Below are positions 39,632 to 52,777 of a stretch of 64,000 nucleotides of DNA, one piece after another (the first letter of the stretch is position 1; each line of letters starts with the position of its first letter). The stretch comes from Octopus vulgaris. Lineage: Eukaryota. Under the pieces are notes generated by a model, which made no database searches, was not told the DNA's origin, and was given only the letters and a program-made list of their open reading frames with translations. The DNA lies in contig OX597839.1 in the NCBI GenBank assembly GCA_951406725.2, forward strand, positions 7,626,001 to 7,690,000. Reading direction: 5' to 3'. Position numbers and translations under genes: made by a program.

Positions 39632-40210
39632 CCTACATTACATTGTAAAAATCAAGAAAATTCATCTAGAATGTTCAAAATGACATCCTGCTGGTGTTAG
39701 ATCAAACAATACTGCGATATTAACAAAATCACTGTCTCAGATAAGTCGTCACAAATTATAGAATATCAAAAGCTGTACAATGTCGGTCTTATAGATTCAT
39801 CATCTTTGCATCAGGTCTCTCTCCTCTCTCATATATTTTATCTTTTCCTTACCCCAACCCCGACACTAGCTCCTGCTCCTTCACTCTCTTTCTCTCTCAA
39901 TCTGTTAGTCTTCCTCCCCCTCTCTCTCTCTCTCGTTCACGTTCTCTCTCAATATGTTTGTCTTCCTCCCCTCTCTCTCTCGTTCACGTTCTCTCTCCCG
40001 CCTTCTCTGTCTGTCTCTGTCTCTCTCTCTCCTTGTCCCCCCTCTCTCTACTCTACTCTTTTGCTTACTTTTTTCCATTATATCTTTCCATCTTTCTCCT
40101 TTCCACTCCTTGACGTTCTCACGTCTGAATCGACTTCTCGTATTCCAGCAATTTTTTCTCTTCCTGTCGTTATTTACATTTTTATATGGGAAAAAAATCC
40201 TCACCAACAT

Positions 40211-40630
<420 letters not shown>

Positions 40631-41442
40631 TTCTTGTTTTTCTTTTTTTATGGTTTTTTTGTTATTAATAGCGAAACGGAAATTAATCCTTGTTAATTTT
40701 CTCTATTTCTTGCCGTCTCTGCCCACTCTCAATCCCACTCTCTGTGTCTTCTTTGTCTCTCACTCTCTCTTATTCTCTTCCCATAATTCCCATAATTATA
40801 TATATATATACATATGCGCGCGCTTGTGTGTATGTCTATGCGTATTACACACGCGCGCTCACATACACATACATACACACACAAACATACACAAATACAT
40901 AATTATATATACAAACGCATATTTGTAAATGTAGACATTTTCTATGAAAAATCTCTTGCTAGTTTTTTTTTTCCTTGTTACTCTTCAGCCAGGCAAGCAG
41001 AGTTCTAAGCCTAAATTGAACCGCTGACAGAATTTCCAGCCAATAGTGTGTCATTATAGGATTACATTATATCTTATTTTATTATTTTTGTTTCATTTCT
41101 GTATATCAAATATACACAAGAATAGGCCCCTGTTGATCATTCAAACCCTGAAATGTGTTTGACATCAAAGTGATTAGCCGATAAGACTTCGGGTACATAA
41201 AGACACCATTTTTTATAAAAGAAACATTCATCATCGGTAATGTTGTTATCTAGGCCAAGACAAAGTATCTGGCAATTTAACAGTAGGATCTCAAGAAACT
41301 AGCCAGGACCAACGTCTTCAATTAAGTCAACTGGGAAGTCATACCGCAGCATAAGCTTTCCTGTCAGGGTTATAATCAGAAATTATCTGCGATTTGTGCT
41401 AACAATATTTTTAATCTTCTACCTACTTTAGAATGAACAGTT

Positions 41443-41555
41443 AGGCGGCGAGTTGGCAGAAACTTTAGAACGCCAGGCGAAATGCGTAGCTGTGTTTCGT
41501 CTGCCGTTACGTTCTGAGTTCAAATTCCGCCGAGGTTGACTTTGCCTTTCATCCT
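41443..41555 (+). mobile_element. SINE-B head, truncated
   Basis: ggcggcgagttggcagaaac..gcctttcatcct. Confidence 0.8.
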
Positions 41556-41905
41556 AGTGTGATGCTCGGGAAAGTGAGAAAGTCTTTTACGTTTCGAGCC
41601 TATGCTCTTCAACAGGAAGGAATATGAAGAATTAAAGAGAGAGAGAATAAAAAACTTGCGAATTTAGCGATCAATTAACTATATATATATATATATATAT
41701 AGTATGTGACCTCGTCTGTATCACTAGCGATTTTTTTCCTCTGTCTTCCCTTCTCGGGATCTTTCCTTCTCCTATGTTTCCGCCAAAGAGCTCCGCTAGA
41801 AACGTCAAACACTCCTTCTTCCCTTCTTTCCTGAGCGTCCAATAATACTTTATTTGTTCCACGTCCTTGCGTTGTTGTCTTTTTGTTTTCTTGTTTGGAT
41901 TAACT
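41556..41905. mobile_element. Two divergently oriented H3-type pLTR-like elements around (TA)n
   Basis: Minus-strand motif 41584-41619 (CUUC-CUGUUGAA-GAGC auag GCUC-GAAA-CG-UA-AAAG); decayed plus-strand motif 41776-41810 (GUUU-ccgccaaa-GAGC ucc GCUa-GAAA-CG-UC-AAAC). Confidence 0.65.
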
Positions 41906-42008
41906 ATATATATATATATATATAAATACACACACACATACACACACACGCACATGTTGATTCGTTATATATATATATATATATATATACATAAATACAC
42001 ACTCACGC

Positions 42009-42050
<42 letters not shown>

Positions 42051-42052
<2 letters not shown>

Positions 42053-42112
42053 GGCGGTGCACCCAGCATGGCCACAGCTCATGAGCTGAAACTGGAAAAA
42101 TCAAAATCAAAT
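42051..42112 (+). mobile_element. Short LINE/SINE 3' tail element
   Basis: ggcggtgc.cccagcatggccacagctcatgagctgaaactggaaaaatcaaaatc; also at 46850-46916 and inverted at about 6872-6912. Confidence 0.65.
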
Positions 42113-42810
42113 CATATATATATATATATACGACGGGCTTCTTTCAGTTTCCGTCTACAAGAGCCACACACAAGGCTTTGGTCGGACCTGCCCAAGATGC
42201 CATATAATGGGACTGAAGCCTGAACCATGTGGTTCGGAAGCAAGCTTCTTACCCCACATCCTCTCCTATATAAAAGACGAGAAACAAAATGGAGAGCAGG
42301 AAGTTAATAGTTGTTTGTTATTAACAGATAATTAATCATCATTCCCTGTATGTATGTATGTATGTATGTATGTATATATGTATGTATGTATGTATGTACG
42401 TATGTATGTATGTAAATGACTGCGCATGTGAATATTTAGATAGTTTCAAGTATGTACGTGTAAGTTTACGTGCGTATTTATGATTTACTTTCTGTGTTTG
42501 TATGTGTGCATGTATGTGTGAATATGTATGTGTGTGTGCGGTTGACAGATGACAGCAAGATGGTTATTCTGTTAAGGCGGTAAATCTAAATACTAGCCGA
42601 GTAGTAACCTTTACAAACTTCTGGCGGGGTTAAAAGGTTGAAGGGAGGCAATATGAAGATATAGATAAAATAAACAAAGCTACAAACGAGGGAGTGGGGC
42701 CGCAACGGCGGCGGGGTGACTGCTGAATGAAGTGGCCTCTGACTTCTTTTTCTACAGCTGTCATATTCATTCAGGACACATCTTTAATAATTGGTCTTAC
42801 ATACATACAT

Positions 42811-42865
<55 letters not shown>

Positions 42866-43138
42866 TAGATAGATAGATAGATAGATATATATATAGATAT
42901 ATATATAGATATATAACCTTTGCACTTGATTTTTTAATGTTTTTTCCCCCATACCTTTGTGAGTTGGTTTGAGCAAACACTATCTGAGAGAGATCTTCTT
43001 TAAGTATTAGAAATAGCTGAAGAAATTTCTTTAGCTGCTATTTCTAATGAGTTCAGTATGTGGCAAAATAATTTATTTTACTAAGCCTTATATATAATAT
43101 ATATAGATATATATATATAGACATATATGTATATACAT

Positions 43139-43170
<32 letters not shown>

Positions 43171-43193
43171 CACAGGTATATATAAATATATGA

Positions 43194-43243
<50 letters not shown>

Positions 43244-43411
43244 ATAGATATACATATATATATATTATATATATATATATATATATATTATAATATATAT
43301 ATATATATACATATATATACATACTCGCACATGCATACACACTTGTACAGATAATCTCCCACAGAGATACACCCACACATACTTACTTACGTATACATAA
43401 CTATATATGGA

Positions 43412-43477
<66 letters not shown>

Positions 43478-43497
43478 GACGTTGGCATTCCTGTTAA

Positions 43498-44236
43498 ACT
43501 GGTGTTCCCCAGGGAGTTTTTCTGGGGTGACTACTGTTCATAGTAGCCCTCTTAGGCATACCCTCGGTTATTTGGACAGCCAATGTCACTAGCTATGTCG
43601 ATGATACAAAGTTTTCACATGCAGTGAACAAACAAGATGATATCACAAGCTTAGAGCTGGACCTGAATTCGATACATAATTTGGGCGAAATAAACAACAT
43701 GCAGTTTAATGCTGGAAAATTTCAAGCACTGCACTATCACTTCACGAATGCACTAAAGCCTGCATATGCAGGATCCACAGGCATTACAACCAGCCAGTGA
43801 AAGTCCTGGGGTTCAATATTTGCAATGACACATCATTTTGTACGCATATTAGCCAGATGGCAGCAAAGTGCAAACAACTGGCAGGATGGATACTGAGGTC
43901 ATTCAAGACAAGGAAACAAGAAACTATGTTGACCCCTGTAGAGAACCTTTGTTCTCAGCCGCCTAGACTACTGCTCCCAGTTATGGTCACCACATAGTGC
44001 TAAGTTAACAGCGGAAGTTCAGGCAGTGCAACCCCGCTATACTAAAATGCTTGAAGCAGTGCAGCGGATGGGCTACAAAGATAGGCTGAGAAAACTGCAA
44101 ATTTCCTCTCTGGAGCGAAGGCGTGAGAGATATGCAATAATGTACATATGGAAAACTCTAGATGGCCTAGTACCTAATTTCAAATGCCAGAACTGGCTGC
44201 CATTGTATAGTAACAAAGGTATCATCCACTCCATCT
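43498..44236 (+). pseudogene. Decayed CR1/L2-group LINE reverse transcriptase 3' fragment
   Basis: GVPQG, YVDDTK, NNMQFNAGKFQALH, GWILRSFKTR, PRLDYCSQLWSPH and SLERRRERY across several frameshifts. Confidence 0.85.
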
Positions 44237-44292
44237 AAATCCAAGAACAGGGAATCAGGACCACAGCCGCATGACTGAAACGAGTAAATATA

Positions 44293-44508
44293 TACTCTTT
44301 TACTCTCTTTACTCTCTTTTACTTGTTTCAGTCATTCGACTGCGGCCATTCTGGAGCACCGCCTTTAGTCGAGCAAATCGACCCCCGGACTTATTCTTTT
44401 GTAAGCCCCAGTACTTACTCTGTCTTTTTGCCGAACCGCTAAGTGACGGGGACGTAAACACACCAGCATCGGTTGTCAAGCAATGCTAGGGGGACAAACA
44501 CAGACACA

Positions 44509-44570
<62 letters not shown>

Positions 44571-44730
44571 CACGACAGGCTTCTTTCAGTTTCCGTCTTA
44601 CAAATCCACTCACAAGGCATTGGTCGGCCCGGGGCTATAGCAGAAGACACTTGCCCAAAATGCCACGCAGTGGGACTGAACCCGGAACCATGTGGTTGGT
44701 TAGCAAGCTACTTACCATACAGCCACTCCT
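44293..44730 (-). mobile_element. SINE-A, full length
   Basis: Same head and tail as the other copies. Confidence 0.9.
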
Positions 44731-44827
44731 TTTATATATATATATAAAATTCGAAACAATGTGTAGTAAATAAATATACGAACATATACTAAATACACAG
44801 GCGGATGGAAGACACAGAAGGTCACTA

Positions 44828-44920
44828 AGTTCCATCCAACCGCCTCTCAAGCTTCTTTGATAACGTCCAGGTTTCTGAGCCATATAGTAGAATTGGTTCG
44901 ACTGTGGCTTTGAAGATTTG
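44828..44920 (-). pseudogene. RTE-type LINE fragment
   Basis: Translates IFKATVEPILLYGSETWTLSKKLERRLDG (LLYGxETW motif). Confidence 0.75.
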
Positions 44921-44934
44921 AAGATTTTAGTACA

Positions 44935-45126
44935 GGGAGAACAATTTCGGGGGAGAAATTAAGTCTATTACATCAACCCCAGTGATCAACTGGTACATAT
45001 GTTATCGACCCCGAAAGGATGAAAAGTAAAGTCGACCTTGATAGAATTTGAACCCATGGTAAAGACGGACGAAATACTGCTACAGATTTCGACCCGTACG
45101 ATTACGATTCTGCCAGCTCATCGCCT
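44935..45126 (-). mobile_element. SINE-B, diverged
   Basis: atcgaccccgaaaggatgaaa.gtaaagtcgacc..ttctgccagctca. Confidence 0.75.
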
Positions 45127-45429
45127 CTTGCTTGCTTAACATTAGATGCGGAGTATTATACAAAGGTTGAGATATTGAATGTCAAAACGTAGTATGCGAT
45201 ACGGAATACCAGACGTGCAGTTATTAACAATAGATATATTACTGCATACTGGTTCATGGTAACATAAACTGATCTGAAACCCTAGACAACGTTTAAGATG
45301 TTAAATAATGTAAAGCAATTAATTAGTCCGATGTTGCTAACGAAAAGTTTTTCGTCTGACATGGCGACTTACTTATACATGTGTATATGTGTGTGTGTGT
45401 CTGTAGATACATGTGTGCATAAATATGTA

Positions 45430-45467
<38 letters not shown>

Positions 45468-45558
45468 CAAACATATACATATACTTATATATATATATAT
45501 ATATATATACATAAATATGTATAAATATATATGTATATATATATATACATACACACAT

Positions 45559-45597
<39 letters not shown>

Positions 45598-45756
45598 TAT
45601 ACATATAAATTATAATATATATATATTTATATTATATATACATCTATATATATGTATACGAAGCATACATGGATACACACATACATGTATATATATATTC
45701 ATATACACGAATAGACACGCATATACACACATGCACACAAACACAAGCTCGCAGAC

Positions 45757-45795
<39 letters not shown>

Positions 45796-46206
45796 TACAT
45801 ATTGATTATTTTAATTAATTGGTTGAGTGATTGAAGACACAAGTGATGACTTCTTTCTAACGAACTCCCATTTCTCATACTTATGTAGTTTGTTGTATAT
45901 TTAGTTTTGAAAAACGAGCCTTATGCATAGATAAGCCAAAATAAATTATTTCCTTCTTTTTAATTAGTTGTTTTTTTTTGTTTGTTTTTTGTTGGGTTTT
46001 TTTTGTTGTTGTTGTTGTTGTTTTGTGAGGTGTTTGTTTGTATGTTTGTTTTGTATAAACAATTGCTCTCGACGAGAACTCTGAACTTTGTTACCATAAA
46101 TTCTAAAGAGAAATGAAATTTATTCATTAAAGAACGAAAATGAGTAAGAATAAAGGGAAAGCAGATGAGAGAAAAAAACATGGTAAATAACAACAACAAC
46201 AACAAC

Positions 46207-46262
<56 letters not shown>

Positions 46263-46309
46263 TAATAATAATGATAATAATAATAATAATAATAATGATG
46301 ATGATGATG

Positions 46310-46349
<40 letters not shown>

Positions 46350-46369
46350 TGATGATAATGATAATAATA

Positions 46370-46433
<64 letters not shown>

Positions 46434-46533
46434 ATATGAGGCGAAATGTCAAGAAACATCCCTTCACACACGCACATGTACATTACACATGTATATAGAT
46501 ACATATACATACACATACACACACACACACACT

Positions 46534-46589
<56 letters not shown>

Positions 46590-47708
46590 TACTTTTATAT
46601 ACATACATGAATGCACATCTGTACTAACAAAACTTCGTAAAAGGGCTCATATACAGGCAGATGCAAAAAGATATCAACATACACAAGCGAAGATATACAG
46701 GCTGACATATAGAAAATCTCATAGACACAGCTGTTCATTATGTATATATGTATGTGTTTATGTATATATTTATGTATGTATGCATGTGTGCATGTATGTA
46801 AATTTATATGCATGTATGTGTATATATATATGTGTGAATATATGTATATGGCGGTGCCCCAGCATGGCCACAGCTCATTAGCTGAAACTGGAAAAATCAA
46901 AATCAAAATCAAAATCATATGTGTGTGTATGTATGTATATATGTGTATGTATGAATGTATGCATATATGTATGTATTTGTGTATGTATGTGCGTGTATGT
47001 ATGTTTATGTGTGCATGTATTTATGTATGTATGTATATGTATATATGCTTGTATGTGTATGTATGCATGTATGCGTGTGCGTATATATGCCTGCGTGTAT
47101 TTATGCATGTATGTATGAATGTATGTATGCATGTATGTACATGCATAATATACACACACACGTATATAAATATGTAGCTAGCTAGACAGACTGACAGACA
47201 GATAGATAGCAAGATTGATACATACATACATACATACATACATACATACATACATACATACATACATACATACATACATAGTGAGACAAACAGACAGACA
47301 GTCAGATAGACTGATAGAATGATAGATATATATGTATATGCATGTATATACACACACTCACACTCACACCCACATATATAATGACATAGCCAAAACACAC
47401 GTCCACACAAGTGAAGCGACATACACAAGACCTTGTTATATGTTCACATGCAAACAGACTTATAGAAATACAAGCAAACACAAACAACGACCCGTACACT
47501 AAAGCACACATGGTTCGTGGTTCAAAATGGCGCATTAATACACGGAAGTATTCTGTCACAACGATGCGTAACACAGACTTATAAATTCTCATACAAACAA
47601 GCCTGTACAAACAGTGAAATACAAACAAACGAACTAATATCATACACACACACACACACGCACACACACACACACACGCGCACACACACACACACACACA
47701 TGAATATA

Positions 47709-48128
47709 GGCGCAGGAGTGGCTATAGGCGCAGGAGTGGCTGTGTGGTAAGTAGCTTGCTAACCAGCCACATGGTTCCGAGTTCAGTCCCACTGCGTGGC
47801 ATCTTGGGCAAGTGTCTTCTGCTATTGCCCCGGCCGACCAATGCCTTGTGAGTGGATTTGGTAGACGGAAACTGAAAGAAGCCTGTCGTATATATGTATA
47901 TATATATATGTGTGTGCGTGTATGTTTGGCCCCCCTAGCATTGCTTAACAATCGATGCTGGTGTGTTTACGTCCCCGTCACTTAGCGGTTCGGCAAAAGA
48001 GACCGATAGAATAAGTACTGGGCTTACAAGGAATAAGTCCCGGGTTCGAGTTGCTCGATTAAAGGCGGTGCTCCAGCATGGCCGCAGTCAAATGACTGAA
48101 ACAAGGAAAAGAGTAAAAGGAAAAGAGT
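47709..48128 (+). mobile_element. SINE-A, full length, first 18 nt duplicated
   Basis: tataggcgcaggagtggc occurs twice, followed by the complete body. Confidence 0.92.
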
Positions 48129-49143
48129 ATACATATAAATCCACAAACTATAATTATGAGTAAACGAAAAACGAAGACTTTTTAAAAGAAAGAGCGTCGA
48201 GAAAGATAGAGATTCGGAAGGATAGAGAGGGGCGGAGAGAAGGACGAGAAGTGCTGAGAGAGGTTGGAGTAGAGAAGAAGGGAAAGAGAGAGAGAGAGGG
48301 AGAGAGAGAGAGATGAGGGAAAGGGAGGGAATAGGAGGAGGTAAGAAAGAGAGAGAGTGACAGAGAGAATGTAGGAGAGATGATATTTTAAATTTCATAT
48401 AGAATTGATAAAAGGAACGAAAGCAAATTGTAAAAAAATTTGAAAAGGAAGATAGGAAAAGGGAAAAGAGGATGGAAGAGAGAGAGAGAGACAGAGAGAC
48501 AGACAGACAGACGGACAGACAGACTGACAGACAGAGAGACAGAGATAGCGTAAGGAAGAGGCTGTGAAGGAAAGAGAATAAATTAACGAAATAGGTACAA
48601 GTCAAAGAAATGAAACAAAGAATGCAGGGAAGAAGGTGATAACAGATGAATAAAATGAAAAGTATACGAGAAAGACGCAATGAATGGGTGAAGGAAATTC
48701 AAGTAGAGAAGGAAAGATATGATATGGGAAAAAAATGAATGATGAAGTGAATGAAAGAAATGAAGGCAAACGGGAAGAAAAGGAAAAAGAAAATAGGAAA
48801 CGTGGCTGGAATTTAGAAAGTTACAAGCGAAAGAAAGAAAAGGAAGGAAGGAAGGAAGGAAGAAAGGAAAGGGAAAAAAGCAACAAAAAGTAAAAGTATA
48901 AAAGAAAGGAAAGAACATAGAGAGCAAATAAGTAAACAAATATATATAAGTAGGACATCTGCAATGTTAAGAAAGTGTGATTATTTGATTCTAATGGAGT
49001 TATCTCCCTTGTTTTTTTTGCTTTTTTTTGTTTTTAGATTGATAAAAGCGGTAAGATGACAAAAGAAAGAAAGAAACCTCGATGTTATGTAAATAGAGGA
49101 ATGCATCTGTAAATGCAATAAGTGACAATTATTCGGTAGCCAA

Positions 49144-49204
49144 GATAAAACTCCGAGTTTCGGATGCCGGGGTGGAAATCCACGCCACCATCTCTTCAGT
49201 TATC
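49144..49204 (-). ncRNA. Type I hammerhead ribozyme (family H4)
   Basis: Sense GAUAA-CUGAAGA-GAUG..GUGG auuu CCAC..CAUCc-GAAA-CUCGGAG-UU-UUAUC: canonical core, 5-bp stem I, long stem II, near-palindromic stem III, GUU site. Confidence 0.75.
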
Positions 49205-49385
49205 CTCCCGAGAAGAAGAAGAGAAGACGAGAAGTTTTAGGGAATCGACAATTTACGTCTCTCAAACATTGAATCATTATATAACAGTTACAAAATACAC
49301 GTTTGTAAGCTGTTCTCTCAGTGTTTGTCACATTTGCGCATCCATATTTTTCCACCTGTCCGTCTTCTACTGCGTGGCTTCATAT

Positions 49386-49623
49386 ACTCTTTACTCTTTA
49401 CTCCTTACTCTTTACTCTTTTACTCTTTTACTTGTTTCAGTCATTTAACTGCGGCCATGCTGGAGCACCGCCTTTAGTCGAGCAAATCGACCCTGGGACT
49501 TATTCTTTGTAAGCCCAGTACTTATTCTATCGGTCTCTTTTGCCGAACCGCTAAGTAACGGGGACATAAACACACCAGCATCGGTTGCCAAGCAATGCTA
49601 GGGAGACAAACAAACACGTACGC

Positions 49624-49686
<63 letters not shown>

Positions 49687-49843
49687 TACGACAGGCTTCT
49701 TTCAGTTTCCGTTTACCAAATCCACTCACAAGGCTTTGGTCGGCCCAGGGCTATAGCAGAAGACACTCGCCCAAGATGCCACGCTGTGGGACTGAACCCG
49801 GAACCACGTAGTTGGTTAGCAAGCTACTTACCACACAGCCACA
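49386..49843 (-). mobile_element. SINE-A, full length
   Basis: Same head and tail as the other copies. Confidence 0.9.
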
Positions 49844-49907
49844 CCTATATATATATACATAAGGCGCAGGAGTGCCTGTGTAGTAAGTAGCTTGCTAACA
49901 CACATGC

Positions 49908-49948
49908 GCAGTTAGTCAGTTGCTTCCTGTTGAGCCAGAGTGGACGTG
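49908..49948 (+). promoter_or_regulatory. Putative internal Pol II promoter (Inr + DPE-like)
   Basis: gcagttagtcagtt initiator-like motifs at the element 5' end and GGACGTG about 28 nt downstream (49942-49948), as in Inr/DPE promoters of invertebrate LINEs. Confidence 0.45.
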
Positions 49949-50522
49949 AGTAACCAGCTCCGTCCAATTATAGAAAAAAGACCAAAAACGGAAAGTTGTC
50001 GAGGTGAGTGATTTTGTTTATTGTGAGTTGGGCATAATTTATTACAACCCAATTATTATTTCAGTAAGTTGTGTCCAACTCTGAGACAATTTCGCCTGCT
50101 CTCGGCGGCTGCCGTTTTTGTGTTTATTGAAAAAAAAAAACAGTGGAGGGGCGTATCCGTCTTCGATAAATTGAGTGAATATTTTTTTTCACGTAATTGT
50201 GAGAATTGTATTGTGCTGTAAAGAACTTTTTGTGAAAACTGCTATATAGGGGAGTATTTTGCCTCCGAAGTTTGAACAAGTTTTACCAATTTTACACCAA
50301 TTTTTGTGGAAGTTGTGCGTTCCTGCTTCAATTTAGGCCGGGAGTACCAAATGGCCAGAAGGTTTTTGCTGTGTTATTGACTTTCTTTTTAACTTTATTT
50401 GACTTTCTTTTTAACTTTATTTGACTCTCTCCTTTTTTCACTGTGACTTTCTTCGGATTTCCTTTTCTTCTCGTTTTTTAGTTTTATTCTGAATACATTT
50501 AAAAAAAAACAAAAAAAAAAAC

Positions 50523-51761
50523 ATGGCAACGAAAAATAACAAACTTTTGGAATGGGAGATCATACCGCCTAAAAAGTGGTTAAAAGACCGTGAAGATAGG
50601 ACGGTGGTGTTGAGAACCTACTCCAAGGCACTCGACACCATCGCCCTATTCGAAAAGACGGCAATTGAAAAGGAGTTGGAAGAGTATTTGCCAACAATTA
50701 AATTCATTTCCAGGGGTGTCAAATATGCAACGGTGTGGTTGCTATTTGACACCCCTGAAGAGGCTTGCAAATTTGCTAGCAAACCCCTGGAGGGTAAGGA
50801 AATCTTATTCCTGCCCACGTACAAAAAAAAGATATTGATGAAAGCTTGGATTTGCGGCCTGCCACCCGACATAGAACCCGAGTGGATAGAGGAGACTATC
50901 CGCCGGGGTCTGGGTGGCAGCGAAACTAAGCTCCTTAATGTAAAAGTTCTTCCTGCGGCTGCTTGGGTTGGGTCAAAAGCAATTTTGACCCTGTGGACCC
51001 AATCAGCCAATCTGGTTCTTCCAGATTTTTTAAATGGCCGGGTGCAGGTACCCGGTGATGCTTGAGGGTCGCCCCCCTAAGTGTCATCGGTGCTTGGAGT
51101 CCGGCCACATAAAGAAGAACTGTCCCCGGGAACAAAATAGGATCCCTGAACAGTTAAGTAAAACCCCTCTAGAAGAGGGAATGATAACGGCCGAGAAAGC
51201 AGAGGACTCTTCAAACAGAGGCCGAAAGAGGAAGGTGAGCAACAATGGGTGCTCACCAAAGGATAATAGGGATGAGGAGAGGAAGGCGAATCTTCCGGCC
51301 ACGGAGGAGACGCACCCTCCCTCAGTTGAAAAGGGAAAAAAAGAAAAAGAGGAAAGAAAAACGGGACATTGCCGGCTGTCAGTGACATAGCACCGGAATG
51401 TCCCGGAACTACGTCGGTTGGGGTTGTGCCACCGACAAGAGAAGGAATACCGTTCGCGGGAACTGTGCCGCCAACGAAAGAACTGAACGGATTGGTCCTC
51501 TTCTATAGAGGAGGTGAAATTGAAAAGGTGATGGAAGAGCACCACAAGGGAGGACCTTTAGCCTTCACACAGGACCCCGAATGGCCTCCGCAGGTAGCTG
51601 TGGAGGCCGTGGCGTTCGACGTGACGCTTGGGCTAAAGGAGCTCAATGAAGATTATAACTTGGTCCCGGGCGACGCAAACTCGGAACTTGATTACGTTCT
51701 GAGGGAGGCGTGGTTGATGGTGGAGGGCGCGGGCACAAGCTATTTCGAGGACGATATGTAA
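50523..51761 (+). pseudogene. Gag/ORF1-like protein with CCHC zinc knuckle (about 410 aa, two compensating frameshifts)
   Basis: Three overlapping ORFs (50523-51065, 51034-51390, 51369-51761); EGRPPKCHRCLESGHIKKNC fits CX2CX4HX4C, preceded by RRM-like segments (WICGLPPDI); the shifts lie at T and A homopolymers. Confidence 0.75.
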
Positions 51762-52237
51762 TTATTGAACTGTTATTATCAGTAATGGACTGCTAAGTCC
51801 AAAAATTGGAAAAATTGTAAGAGGTTTAATACCTCGTTTTGTGTTTATCTTTAAAAAGAACAATGTTTTAGAGAAGCGAAAGTCGGCGGGCGCTTTTTGT
51901 CTTCTCCCATCCTTATCATCTTTCTTTCATTATCATTCACTTCATTAATGTCCTCGTCCAGCCCGCAAAGCTAACTTAATCTGTGTACTGCCTTTATGGC
52001 AAATGTTTTGAAATAAAGTAGCTTGCTAACCAACCACATGGTTCCGGGTTCAGTCCCACTGCGTGGAATCTTGGGCAAGTGTCTCCTGCTATAGCCCCGG
52101 GCCGACCAATGCCTTGTGAGTGGATTTGGTAGACGGAAACTGAAAGAAGCCTGTCGTATATATGTATGTGTATGTGTGTATGTGTGTGTGTATGTGTGTG
52201 TGTATGTGTGTGTGTATGTGTGTATGTATGTGTATAT

Positions 52238-52269
<32 letters not shown>

Positions 52270-52400
52270 CGAGGGTACACCACCGCTGTATAGCCCTAGG
52301 AAGCATCGAACGCCTCCTGATGGCTTTGACACATTTTTCCCTGTGTCCTTATATACATATACGAAGGGGAGACAAACACCCCCCGGCTGCCGAAACTGCA

Positions 52401-52445
52401 TCTAGGGACACGTGTTTCAGGATCGTTGTCCTTCATCGGCCTAGA
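52401..52445 (-). ncRNA. Type I hammerhead ribozyme (U4C core variant)
   Basis: Sense UCUAGG-CCGAUGA-AGGA caacga UCCU-GAAA-CACGUG-UC-CCUAGA; all three stems are perfect. Confidence 0.82.
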
Positions 52446-52732
52446 GTAGCAGACACCGGTCAACCGGTGATATTTGTCTCGACTTCGTAATTGTATATAT
52501 CTATACTCAGTGAAGTCTATTCACTGATTATCAAAATAAGAAATATTGTCACGTTCTTGTTAGATTGACAGTATACAACCATTCTATCGCCCCACCACCG
52601 TACATGTCTCTTCGAGAGATTTAGAAATTCAATATTTCTTATTTTGATAATCAGTGAATAGACTTCACTGAGTATAGATATATACAATTACGAAGTCGAG
52701 ACAAATATCACCGGTTGACCGGTGTCTGCTAC

Positions 52733-52777
52733 TCTAGGCCGATGAAGGACAACGATCTTGAAACACGTGTCCCTAGA
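52733..52777 (+). ncRNA. Type I hammerhead ribozyme (U4C core variant)
   Basis: UCUAGG-CCGAUGA-AGGA caacga UCUU-GAAA-CACGUG-UC-CCUAGA; differs from the other copy by a G-C to G-U change; predicted cut after 52771. Confidence 0.82.

Larger units (their letters stand above)
49900..52017 (+). mobile_element. Non-autonomous ORF1-only non-LTR retroelement (L1/Tx1-like ORF1; HAL1-like organisation)
   Basis: 15-bp TSD aagtagcttgctaac (49885-49899 and 52016-52030); ends at AATAAA; one gag-like ORF; no RT or endonuclease sequence. Confidence 0.78.
49863..52160 (+). mobile_element. SINE-A 5' half split by a 2.1-kb insertion
   Basis: Head ggcgcaggagtgcctgtgtagtaagtagcttgctaac (49863-49899) resumes at 52016 with aagtagcttgctaaccaaccacatgg. 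Confidence 0.85.

Noticed and set aside
51026-51056. In-frame U UUU UUA slippery heptamer followed by a ccgggt/acccgg hairpin, suggesting a programmed -1 frameshift
   Set aside because: The -1 frame hits TGA within about 8 codons and the CCHC ORF is in the +1 frame; a homopolymer indel (mutation or sequencing error) is simpler.
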